Shown here piece by piece: positions 22,291 to 33,440 of a stretch of 64,000 bases of DNA. The translations under genes and the position numbers were made by a program. Numbering within the stretch: the first letter of the stretch is position 1; every line of letters starts with the position of its first letter. Source of the stretch: Rhizobium sp. Q54 (lineage in GTDB: Bacteria > Pseudomonadota > Alphaproteobacteria > UBA828); the NCBI GenBank assembly GCA_945892755.1, contig CAMDDO010000002.1, positions 58,418-122,417 on the forward strand, given 5' to 3'. The notes under the pieces were generated by a model that saw only the letters and a program-made list of their open reading frames with translations, was not told where the DNA came from and did not search any database.

Positions 22291-23723
22291 CGTGCGCCCC
22301 CGGCGGTGCGGCGCGCATCGCCCAGGCCGGCATGGGAACGCACGAATTCCTTCACGCGTGACAGATCATTGGGCAGGCGCGTTGCGCGCTCGGGCCGTTC
22401 CAAAAGGTCGGCAAGGCGCTCGGGTAATTTGGGCGTGACGCCGGTGGCGCGCTCGACCGCGTCGGGAAACTTGGCCGGGTGTGCGGTCGCGAGACAGATC
22501 AACGGCACGTCCTCCTCGGTCTCATCGGCGGCGGCGATGCCGGCCGCCGTATGCGGATCGATCAAGTGTCCGGTCTCCTTATAGGTGCGCGCAATGGCAT
22601 CGAGCGCGGCCGTATCGTCCGCCCGATGACCGCGAAAGACCTGCCGCGCCGATTCAAGCTCGGCCGCGCCAACGGCGAAGCGGCCTTCCGTGCCGAGTTG
22701 ATCCATCAGCTTCCGCACCACCGCGCCATCGCCGCCATGCAGCTCGAACAGAAGCCGCTCGAAATTGCTTGCCACCTCGATATCCATCGAGGGGCTGAGC
22801 GAGGGCGTGACCCCCGCCCTTTGATAGGCTCCGCTGGCAAGAAAGCGCGCCAGGATGTCATTCACATTTGTCGCGACGTGCAGCCGCTTGATCGGTAGGC
22901 CGATCTGGCGCGCCGCGTAGCCGGCATAGACATTGCCGAAATTGCCGGTCGGCACGACGAACGCCACGTGTCGCGCCGGCGCGCCGAGCCTGAGCGCGGC
23001 GTAGACGTAGTAGACGATCTGCGCGGCGACGCGCGCCCAATTGATCGAGTTGATCGCGCCGAGCGACAGCTGATCGCGGAAGGCGAGATCGTTGAACATC
23101 GCCTTCACCAGCGCCTGGCAATCGTCGAAGCTGCCGTCGATTGCGATGTTATGGACATTATCGTCCAGCACGCTGGTCATCTGGCGGCGCTGCACCTCGG
23201 AGACGCGGCCGTGCGGATGAAGGATGAAGACCGAGAGGTTGGCGCGGCCACGGCAGGCGGCGATCGCGGCCGACCCGGTATCGCCCGAGGTCGCGCCGAC
23301 GATGGTGAGCCGCGCGCCACGCTTGGCCAGGACATGGTCGAACAGGCGGCCCAAAAACTGGAGCGCGAAATCCTTGAAGGCGAGCGTGGGTCCATGGAAC
23401 AGCTCGAGGAGCCAGCGGTTCGGCCCGAGCTGAATCAGTGGCGCGGTCGCCGGATGGTCGAAGCTCGCATAGGCGTCCTTGGCCATGGCAAGCAGCGTGC
23501 GCTCATCGATCACGCCAGCGGTAAAGGGCGCCAACACGCGCGCCGCCAGCGTCGGATAGTCGAGCGCCGCCAAGGCGTCGAGCGCGCGGGCGTTGAGCGC
23601 CGGCCAGCGCGCCGGCACATAGAGCCCGCCGTCGCGCGCGAGCCCGGCAAGGAGCACGTCATCGAAGCCGACGGGGCCGGGCCCGCCGCCTTCCTTGGTG
23701 TGGCGTGTCGAGATATAGCGCAA
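22287..23723 (-). CDS. thrC: Threonine synthase
   Basis: PLP-lysine motif (HGPTLAFKDFALQFLG) and full ThrC length; its stop overlaps the M16 peptidase start (ATGA). Confidence 0.9.
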   Translation of the reverse strand: MRYISTRHTKEGGGPGPVGFDDVLLAGLARDGGLYVPARWPALNARALDALAALDYPTLAARVLAPFTAGVIDERTLLAMAKDAYASFDHPATAPLIQLGPNRWLLELFHGPTLAFKDFALQFLGRLFDHVLAKRGARLTIVGATSGDTGSAAIAACRGRANLSVFILHPHGRVSEVQRRQMTSVLDDNVHNIAIDGSFDDCQALVKAMFNDLAFRDQLSLGAINSINWARVAAQIVYYVYAALRLGAPARHVAFVVPTGNFGNVYAGYAARQIGLPIKRLHVATNVNDILARFLASGAYQRAGVTPSLSPSMDIEVASNFERLLFELHGGDGAVVRKLMDQLGTEGRFAVGAAELESARQVFRGHRADDTAALDAIARTYKETGHLIDPHTAAGIAAADETEEDVPLICLATAHPAKFPDAVERATGVTPKLPERLADLLERPERATRLPNDLSRVKEFVRSHAGLGDARRTAGGAR

Positions 23724-23808
23724 GCGATCGTCCCCTCGCGGCCGGCCAGCCAGCCGGCACGAACGGCCAGACTATAGGGTGGCGGGGAGGCGGAGCAAGG
23801 GACGGGGC

Positions 23809-25320
23809 CTACCCCAAATACCGCCGCTCCAGGTGCGCCTTGAAGACGAGCGGATCCAGAGGCCGGCCGGTGGCGCGGCTGACCAGCTCGCGCGAATCAT
23901 AGAGCGAGCCCAAGCCGTGGACGTGCGTGCGGAGCCAGGAAATCAACGGCTTGAAATCGCCGCGCGCGATGGCCGGGACCAAATCGGCGTCCGAGCGGCG
24001 GGCGGCGTCGAACAATTGCGCCGCGGTCAGGGCGCCCAGCGTATAGCTTGGGAAATAACCGAGGCCGCCGTCGGTCCAGTGAATATCCTGCAGGCAACCC
24101 AAGGCATGATTGGGCGGCACGATGCCGAGATGATGCTTCATCCCTTGGTTCCAGGCTTCCGGGATGTCGTCGACCTCGAGCGTGCCGGCGATCAACTGCT
24201 TTTCGAGTTTGTAGCGGATCATGACGTGGAACGGATAGGTCACCTCGTCGGCGTCGACCCGGATGAAACCGGGGCGCACCCGAATGGCATGGGCGTAAAG
24301 ATTGGCCGGCTCGAATGCCTCGCCCTCGACCGGCGCGTGACCCTGGAACGCCTCGCGGATCAAGGGCGCGGCGAAGCTCAGGAATTCGAGGCTGCGGCAC
24401 GCCTGCATCTCGACCAATAGCGACTGGCTCTCATGCACGCTCATGCCGCGCGCGTCGCCGACCGGCTGCGTGCGCCAGGCCTCGGGCAGGCCGCGCTCAT
24501 AAAGCGCGTGGCCGGTCTCATGCAGCACGGCCATCAAGGCCCCGGCGAAATCACTTTCGTCGTAGCGCGTCGTGATGCGCACATCATCGGGCACGCCGCC
24601 GCAAAACGGATGCAGGCTCACATCGAGCCGGCCGTGTGCGAATTCGAAGCCAAGCCGCTCCATCAGTTTCACGCCGAGCGCCCGCTGCGCCTCGATCGGG
24701 AAGCGGCCCTTGAGCGTTAGCGGCGCCGGGCGCTGATCCTGCCGCGCCAATACGCGATCGAGAATCCCGGGCAGGAAGTTTTCGAGCACGCCGAAGATGC
24801 GGTCGATCTCAACCATGGTGTAGCCGGGGTCGAAGGCGTCGATCAGCGCGTCATAGGGCGCGAGACCGAGCGCCGCGCCCTTGGCGGCCGCCTTCTCGCG
24901 CACCAGCACGAGGAGAGGCTTGAAGACCTCGGCGAAGGCCTTGAAATCGCCCTTGGGCCGCGCCGCGCGCCAGACCATCTCGCATTTGGCGCCAGCCTTG
25001 GAGAGCGCTTCAACGAGCGCCGGCGATACGCCATTGGCGTGGCGCTGGCGGTGGCGCATTTCGCGCACATTGGCGCGTTGCCAGTCGTCGAGCGCGCGGC
25101 CGTCGCTCTCGACCCGGGCGATAAGCTCGTCCAATTTGGCATCGGTGATCAGCTCGTGGCGGATCAGGCTCAGCTCGGCCAGCTGGTCGGAGCGGGCGCC
25201 CGCGCCGCCTTCGGGCATCATGGTCGCCCAGTCCCATTGCAGCACGGCGGAAGCGCCGTCGAGATTGGCGATGCGGCGAAAGCGGCGTTCGAGCTCGTGA
25301 TAGGCGGCTAAGGGTGTCAT
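23809..25320 (-). CDS. Carboxypeptidase, M32 family (Taq-type metallocarboxypeptidase)
   Basis: HExxH motif (LHETGHALYE), HPF/DxRxxE-type M32 hallmarks (HESQSLL, IRVDADEVTYP). Confidence 0.85.
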   Translation of the reverse strand: MTPLAAYHELERRFRRIANLDGASAVLQWDWATMMPEGGAGARSDQLAELSLIRHELITDAKLDELIARVESDGRALDDWQRANVREMRHRQRHANGVSPALVEALSKAGAKCEMVWRAARPKGDFKAFAEVFKPLLVLVREKAAAKGAALGLAPYDALIDAFDPGYTMVEIDRIFGVLENFLPGILDRVLARQDQRPAPLTLKGRFPIEAQRALGVKLMERLGFEFAHGRLDVSLHPFCGGVPDDVRITTRYDESDFAGALMAVLHETGHALYERGLPEAWRTQPVGDARGMSVHESQSLLVEMQACRSLEFLSFAAPLIREAFQGHAPVEGEAFEPANLYAHAIRVRPGFIRVDADEVTYPFHVMIRYKLEKQLIAGTLEVDDIPEAWNQGMKHHLGIVPPNHALGCLQDIHWTDGGLGYFPSYTLGALTAAQLFDAARRSDADLVPAIARGDFKPLISWLRTHVHGLGSLYDSRELVSRATGRPLDPLVFKAHLERRYLG

Positions 25321-26060
25321 GGCTGTTTCGTGGGCACGGGCCGGCGCCGTTTGCCGCGCATGAAGATGACATAGATCACGCCGAGCCCGACGGCGAGCGC
25401 GTACCAGGTGATGGCATAGCTCAAATGCTCGTTCCGAAGCACGACGATGGTTTGACCGCCGATCGGGAAACCGCCGAGATTTTCCGCCGCGCCGGCATCG
25501 ACGATGAAGCTTTGCGCCGGGATGCCAGCAACGGTCGAGAGCGAAACCAGATCGACCCAGTACCAGATTCTTTGGTCGACGCTATTTTCCGGCGCGAACC
25601 AGGCGTCGCGCCCGCCCGGCACGACGAGCCCTTCGACGCTCACCCGGCCTTCGACCTGCCCGGCCCGGCGGTACTTGGGCTCCTTGCGCTCGAGCGGCAC
25701 CCAGCCCCGGTTCAGGAGAATGGTATCGCCGGTCGCGCGCTTGAACGGCGTGATGATCTGGAAGCCAAGCTGGCGGCGATGGCTGCGCGCGCCGAGGAAC
25801 ATCTCCTGATCATGCAGGAATTCGCCTTCGACGATGACACGTCGATAGAACAATGCGGCAGGGTCATCGACGGTCGCCGGCAGATCGATCGGCGCGGCGG
25901 CGATGCGTTCGTCACGGTAGGCCTGTTCGGACGTCTTCCAGCTCAACCTCTGGGTCTGCCAGGCACCAAGTGCCAGCATAACCAGGATGCCTGGAATCGC
26001 CACGAGCGTCGCCCAGCGCCGCGCCCGCGACGAGAGCGGACGCTCAGTGCGGGAGGTCAC
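25317..26060 (-). CDS. surf1: SURF1 family cytochrome oxidase biogenesis protein
   Basis: Two terminal TM helices flanking a periplasmic domain (LNRGWVPLERK...RIWYWVDL). Confidence 0.85.
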   Translation of the reverse strand: MTSRTERPLSSRARRWATLVAIPGILVMLALGAWQTQRLSWKTSEQAYRDERIAAAPIDLPATVDDPAALFYRRVIVEGEFLHDQEMFLGARSHRRQLGFQIITPFKRATGDTILLNRGWVPLERKEPKYRRAGQVEGRVSVEGLVVPGGRDAWFAPENSVDQRIWYWVDLVSLSTVAGIPAQSFIVDAGAAENLGGFPIGGQTIVVLRNEHLSYAITWYALAVGLGVIYVIFMRGKRRRPVPTKQP

Positions 26061-26406
26061 TGAAGTCGTGCGCCCGGTTCTTGAACTGGAAGGCGACCAG
26101 GAGGCCCTTGGCCGGCCGGAGGAAAAGCGCCGAGAGCGCGAACACCGTCGGCGCCCACAACACGAGGTGAACCCAATAGGACGGCTGAATTGTGAGCTCG
26201 ACCAGGATCGCGAGCCCGACCACGATCGCCCCGACCAGGAACATCACAAAAAAGGCCGGGCCATCGCCAGGGTCAGCGCCCTTGAACGATTGGCCACAGG
26301 CCGGGCATGCGTCGGCGATCTTGAGAAACCCCGCGTACAAGCGACCTTTGCCACAAGCCGGACACCGGCAGGTGAAGCCCGCACGCCAGGGCGACGTGCG
26401 GGACAT
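26044..26406 (-). CDS. DUF983 domain protein (zinc-ribbon membrane protein common in cox operons)
   Basis: CPACGKGRLY...CPACGQSF zinc ribbon plus two TM helices; start placed at MSRTSPW. Confidence 0.65.
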   Translation of the reverse strand: MSRTSPWRAGFTCRCPACGKGRLYAGFLKIADACPACGQSFKGADPGDGPAFFVMFLVGAIVVGLAILVELTIQPSYWVHLVLWAPTVFALSALFLRPAKGLLVAFQFKNRAHDFSDLPH

Positions 26407-26420
26407 GACAAGCGCCTCGT

Positions 26421-27245
26421 TCAGCCGCCCCACCAATAGACCCAGATGAACAGGAACAGCCAGACCACGTCAACGAAGTGCCAATACCAGGCGGCGGCCT
26501 CGAAGCCGATATGCCGGTCGGGTTTGAAATGGCCGCGCAATTGCCGATAGAGGCAAACGCTCAGGAACAACACGCCGACCGTCACGTGAAAGCCGTGAAA
26601 ACCGGTCGCCATGAAGAAAGTTGAAGGAAACACGCCGCCGCGGAAGCTGAACGGCGCGTGGGCATATTCATAGCCCTGGATGCCGAGAAACGCGACGCCA
26701 AGGATAATGGTGAGCAGCAGGCCATTTATGCCGGCTTTTCGATCGCCGTGTTTGATGCCGTGATGCGCCCAGGTCACGGTCGCGCCCGAAGTGAGCAGGA
26801 TCACCGTATTGAGGAAAGGCAGCTGCCAGGCCGGGATCGCCTCGAAACCTTCGGGGGGCCACCCACCGATATATTCTTGATGGGTCAGCGCGCCGTTGAA
26901 AAATGCCCAGAAGAACGCGGCGAAGAACATCACCTCGGACGAGATGAACAGCACCATGCCGAAGCGCAAACCGCGCGTGACCGCGGCAGTATGATCGCCC
27001 TGCGCCGCTTCGCGTATCACATCGCGCCACCAGAGATACATGGTGGCGAGCACGAGCGCGAAGCCGATCGCCATCAGCCAGATATGGTTGCCGTGCATAT
27101 AGAGCACGACGCCGCCCAAGAGCGCGCCACCCGCGACCGCGCCGACCACCGGCCAAGGGCTCGGCTTGACCATGTGATAGGGATGGTTCGCGGCGTGACC
27201 GCCGTGACCATGATCGTGGCTTGCCGTCTGTGCCGTGCTCATCAT
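26421..27245 (-). CDS. ctaE: Cytochrome c oxidase subunit III
   Basis: HPYHMVKPSPWP N-terminus and a 7-TM subunit III fold. Confidence 0.9.
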   Translation of the reverse strand: MMSTAQTASHDHGHGGHAANHPYHMVKPSPWPVVGAVAGGALLGGVVLYMHGNHIWLMAIGFALVLATMYLWWRDVIREAAQGDHTAAVTRGLRFGMVLFISSEVMFFAAFFWAFFNGALTHQEYIGGWPPEGFEAIPAWQLPFLNTVILLTSGATVTWAHHGIKHGDRKAGINGLLLTIILGVAFLGIQGYEYAHAPFSFRGGVFPSTFFMATGFHGFHVTVGVLFLSVCLYRQLRGHFKPDRHIGFEAAAWYWHFVDVVWLFLFIWVYWWGG

Positions 27246-27299
27246 GATGCTCCGTTCTCGACCCCGGACGCTCTGGGCCGTCCTTTGGCCTTCCCAGTC

Positions 27300-27914
27300 C
27301 TAGTTCGCCAGCGACATCGGGCGTTCGTCGCCCTGGCTGGCTAATTGCACGTGCCGCTCAGGCTGTCCCACCGAGACCTCTTCCTTCTCGAAGAACGTGT
27401 AGGACAGCGTGATGGTATTGACGCCATCGAGCCCGCGGTCATCAAGAATCGCGGGATCGATGAAGAAACTGACCGGGAACTCGGCCGTCTCGCCTGGCGC
27501 CAATGTCTGCTCGGTGAAACAGAAGCAATCGATTTTGCTGAAATAGATCCCAGCCTTGTCGGGTGTCACATTGTAGGTCGCGGTGCCGGTGATCGGCCGA
27601 TCGGTCGGATTGGACGCGCGATAGAGCGCGAGCGTCTGTTCGCCGATCTTGACCTTGGTCTTGTGCGCCACCGGCTTGAAGCGCCAGGCCATGCCTTGGC
27701 CGATATCGGCGTTGAACTGGACGGTCATCAACCGCGTGCCGACAGCGCCGGGCGCTGCTTCGGCGACGCCGGTCGTGCCGTCATAGCCGGTGAGGTCGCA
27801 GAACAGCCGATAGAGCGGCACGGAGGCGAAGGCGAGCCCGGCCATGGCGACGACGACCGTGGCGAGCACGATCACGGTGCGGCGCTTGGGATCGAGCAAC
27901 ACGCGCGCGGTCAT
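27300..27914 (-). CDS. ctaG: Cytochrome c oxidase assembly protein CtaG/Cox11 (CuB insertion)
   Basis: Conserved CFCF copper-binding motif (KIDCFCFTEQ) and an N-terminal TM anchor. Confidence 0.85.
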   Translation of the reverse strand: MTARVLLDPKRRTVIVLATVVVAMAGLAFASVPLYRLFCDLTGYDGTTGVAEAAPGAVGTRLMTVQFNADIGQGMAWRFKPVAHKTKVKIGEQTLALYRASNPTDRPITGTATYNVTPDKAGIYFSKIDCFCFTEQTLAPGETAEFPVSFFIDPAILDDRGLDGVNTITLSYTFFEKEEVSVGQPERHVQLASQGDERPMSLAN

Positions 27915-28030
27915 CCGCCGCCCCCGAACTTCACCATCGCGATGAAGAAGAAGAGCACGACGAGCCCCAAGAGCACGCCACCGAGGGCGTAATTGCGGGC
28001 GCGGCGCTGGCGATGCAGATCACTGGCCAT
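27911..28030 (-). CDS. 39-aa single-TM micro-protein, translationally coupled between ctaB and ctaG (not in ORF track)
   Basis: Minus-strand ATG at 28028-28030, 3 nt after the ctaB stop. Product MASDLHRQRRARNYALGGVLLGLVVLFFFIAMVKFGGG. Its stop TGA overlaps the ctaG ATG (ATGA). Confidence 0.45.
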   Translation of the reverse strand: MASDLHRQRRARNYALGGVLLGLVVLFFFIAMVKFGGGG

Positions 28031-28033
28031 GGA

Positions 28034-28969
28034 TCAACCGACCCCGAGCGGCGCGACCGTGAAGCGGTCGACCAAAAGCAGCGCGAAGAGCAGGAACAAA
28101 TAAGCGATCGAGAACGGAAACAGCCGCTTGGCGTTCCGCATGGTGTGGTCACGCAGCACAGCGAAGGAGAGGCCGAGGAAGGCCGCGCCAAGCAGCGCCG
28201 CACCCACGCCATAGACCAAGCCGGAGAGCCCGATCGCGCACGGCGCCAAGGTGACCGGCACGAGCGCCAGGGCGTAAAACATGATCTGGCGGCGCGTCGC
28301 CGCCTCGCCCGCCACCACGGGCAGCATCGGCACGCCGGCCTTGTCGTAATCGCCCCGGCGATAAAGCGCGAGCGCCCAGAAGTGCGGCGGTGTCCACAAA
28401 AATATGATCGCGAACAAGACAATCGACGCGAGCGAAACCTCGCCACTCATGGCGGCCCAGCCGATCATCGGCGGAAACGCCCCGGCCGCGCCGCCGATCA
28501 CGATGTTCTGCGGCGTCCGCCGCTTCAACCCGATCGTGTAGATCACGACATAGAAGAAGATCGTGAAGGCCAGGAGGCCGGCGGCCGGCCAATTGACCGC
28601 GAGGCCCATGGTCGCGACCGAGCCGGCGGCGAGCACGATGCCGAAGCCGAGTGCCGATCCAGGCGCGACGCGACCCGCCGGAATCGGGCGGCCACGCGTG
28701 CGCGCCATCACCGCGTCGATATCGCGGTCGTACCACATGTTGATCGCACCCGACGCGCCGGCGCCGACCGCGATACACAGCATCGCGACCATGGCGATCA
28801 AGGGATGAGTTGCGCCGGGCGCCAGCACCAGGCCAACCAGCGCGGTGAAGACCACGAGCGACATCACCCGAGGCTTCAGCAGCTGCACATAGTCGCTGGG
28901 CGCGCCACGCGGCGGATCGGACGCTAGTGCCTCCGCCGGCGTGCCGAACCGTGGCTGCGACTCAGCCAT
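28034..28969 (-). CDS. ctaB: Protoheme IX farnesyltransferase (heme O synthase)
   Basis: UbiA-family polyprenyltransferase motifs ([19 protein letters not shown]; YTIGLKRRT). Confidence 0.9.
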   Translation of the reverse strand: MAESQPRFGTPAEALASDPPRGAPSDYVQLLKPRVMSLVVFTALVGLVLAPGATHPLIAMVAMLCIAVGAGASGAINMWYDRDIDAVMARTRGRPIPAGRVAPGSALGFGIVLAAGSVATMGLAVNWPAAGLLAFTIFFYVVIYTIGLKRRTPQNIVIGGAAGAFPPMIGWAAMSGEVSLASIVLFAIIFLWTPPHFWALALYRRGDYDKAGVPMLPVVAGEAATRRQIMFYALALVPVTLAPCAIGLSGLVYGVGAALLGAAFLGLSFAVLRDHTMRNAKRLFPFSIAYLFLLFALLLVDRFTVAPLGVG

Positions 28970-29011
28970 GACGCGTTCCCCTGCCCAATCGATGCCCCGG
29001 CCTGCTCCAGC

Positions 29012-31491
<2,480 letters not shown>

Positions 31492-31639
31492 CTCTGTCCT
31501 CTGCATTCCCTCGGTGGCCGCGGCGCACATCCGGCCGGACATGCGCCATCATCGCGCGGCCCCGCCCCTTCGGTACCCCGCGCTATGTCGGCTCGGAGTA
31601 TAGGTCCAAGCGCTTTGTCGTGCGAGCCTTCAGGCCGGC

Positions 31640-31730
31640 TTGGCCAAGGCCCTATACATTCCCATGATTATCCTATATGTTATTGAAATATAAACATTTT
31701 ACTCTGGAACCTGAGAAGCGAAGGGGGCGC
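31640..31730. promoter_or_regulatory. AT-rich island in the ctaC / tldD divergent spacer (probable promoter or regulator-binding region)
   Basis: cctatacattcccatgattatcctatatgttattgaaatataaacattttactctgg is the only markedly AT-rich stretch in the window. Confidence 0.3.
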
Positions 31731-31856
31731 CGAGGTTGCGACCAATTGTCGCGATTTCGCCAACTTGCGCCGAGCCTGTGACGCCATGCCTGCTGGCTTG
31801 TGGGGCGTCGCTACCCATATGATTTGTCGAGTCGTTCTTGACCGAGGAGTTCTCCG

Positions 31857-33293
31857 ATGGATTCCGCCGCGATCGCGCGCGATCTGTTTTTCACCCGCGC
31901 TGGCCTCGATGAGCGCCGCACCACCGCCTTGCTCGGCGAGGCGTTCAAGGGCGCCGAGGATGGCGAGCTCTTTCTCGAATACCGCCAGAGCGAGGCGCTC
32001 TCGTTCGACGATGGCCGCATCAAATCGACCAGCTTCGACGTGACCCAAGGGTTTGGTCTACGCGTTGTCATCGGTGAATCGACGGGATACGCGCATGCCT
32101 CCGACCTGAGCGAGGGCGCCTTGAAGCGCGCGGTCGGGTCGCTCGGCGCGGTCAGCCGCGGCGCCGGCGGCCAACGCGCACTTGGCCCGTCGCGGACCAA
32201 TCGCACGCTTTACGCGCCGGAAAACCCGCTCGACGATGTGCCGCTTGAAGAGAAGATCGCGCTGCTTGCGGCGATCGACGCCTATGCGCGGAACAAGGAT
32301 TCCAACGTGCGCCAGGTCATGGCCTCGCTCGCCGGCGAGTGGCAAGTGGTGATGATCGAGCGCCCCGACGGTCAGCGCGTCGCCGATGTGCGCCCGCTGG
32401 TTCGGCTCAACGTCACGGTCGCGGTCGAGCGCGACGGGCGCATGGAAACGGGCTCGTTCGGCGTCGGCGGTCGCGAGGGTTATGGACGTTGGATCAAGCC
32501 CGAGGCCTGGCGCGCCCAAGTCGATGAGGCGCTGCGCCAGGCGTTGGTCAATCTCGAATCGGTCCCCGCGCCGGCCGGTGAAATGACCGTCATACTCGGT
32601 CCTGGCTGGCCCGGCATCTTGCTGCACGAAGCCACCGGCCATGGCCTTGAGGGTGATTTCAACCGCAAGAAAACCTCGGCCTTTGCCGGTTTGCTCGGCC
32701 AACGCGTCGCGGCCGAGGGCGTTACGGTGATCGACGACGGCACGATCCCGGGCCGGCGCGGCTCGCTCACGGTCGATGACGAGGGCACGCCGAGCGGCCG
32801 CACCGTGCTGATCGAAAACGGCATCTTGCGCGGCTATTTGCAGGACCGCATGAACGCGCGCCTGATGGGCATGGAGCCGACCGGCAATGGCCGGCGCGAG
32901 AGCTTCGCGCACCAGCCATTGCCACGCATGACCAACACCTTCATGCTCGCTGGCGACCGCGCGCCGGAAGACATCATCAAGGGCGTCACGAAGGGACTCT
33001 TTGCCGTCAATTTCGGTGGCGGGCAGGTCGACATCACCTCGGGCAAGTTCGTCTTCTCGGCGTCCGAGGCGTACATGATCGAGAATGGCAAGTTGGGCGC
33101 ACCGGTCAAAGGCGCGAGCCTGATCGGCAATGGCCCCGATGTGCTGACGCGGGTCAGCGCGGTCGGCAATGACATGGCGCTCGACCCCGGCATCGGCACC
33201 TGCGGCAAAGCCGGCCAGGGCGTGCCGGTCGGCGTCGGGCTGCCTACCGTGCGTATCGATGGGTTGACCGTCGGCGGCACCCAGGCCGGCTGA
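31857..33293 (+). CDS. tldD: Metalloprotease TldD
   Basis: TldD/PmbA fold with the TldD HExxxH-type motif (LLHEATGHGLEGD); 478 aa. Confidence 0.9.
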   Translation: MDSAAIARDLFFTRAGLDERRTTALLGEAFKGAEDGELFLEYRQSEALSFDDGRIKSTSFDVTQGFGLRVVIGESTGYAHASDLSEGALKRAVGSLGAVSRGAGGQRALGPSRTNRTLYAPENPLDDVPLEEKIALLAAIDAYARNKDSNVRQVMASLAGEWQVVMIERPDGQRVADVRPLVRLNVTVAVERDGRMETGSFGVGGREGYGRWIKPEAWRAQVDEALRQALVNLESVPAPAGEMTVILGPGWPGILLHEATGHGLEGDFNRKKTSAFAGLLGQRVAAEGVTVIDDGTIPGRRGSLTVDDEGTPSGRTVLIENGILRGYLQDRMNARLMGMEPTGNGRRESFAHQPLPRMTNTFMLAGDRAPEDIIKGVTKGLFAVNFGGGQVDITSGKFVFSASEAYMIENGKLGAPVKGASLIGNGPDVLTRVSAVGNDMALDPGIGTCGKAGQGVPVGVGLPTVRIDGLTVGGTQAG

Positions 33294-33295
33294 GA

Positions 33296-33405
33296 CCAAG
33301 TCTCGATGAGCCCGCCTGATCGAGACTTGGCCGGCGCGACTGCGCCGCGCCGCTTATGCGGCGAAAGCCAAGCGCGCGGGACGCGCGCGCCCGGCGCTTG
33401 AGGAC
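33296..33405. repeat. GC-rich palindromic intergenic repeat, copy A (head inverted repeat plus ~85-nt structured core)
   Basis: Head ccaagtctcgatgag / ctgatcgagacttgg, then the core cgagacttggccggcgcgacTgcgccgcgccgcTTATgcggcgAaagccaagcgcgcggGACgcgcgcgcccggcgcTtgagg. About 94% identical to the copy at 45508..45588. Confidence 0.6.
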
Positions 33406-33440
33406 TTCCCGATGATCGCCAAGATCATCGGGAGATACCA

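Noticed and set aside
21104-22333. Alternative-frame 409-aa ORF overlapping the M16 peptidase gene, and 21544..22584 on the plus strand
   Set aside because: Only the 21031..22290 frame yields the HxxEH zinc motif and peptidase fold; the others are overlapping-frame artefacts.
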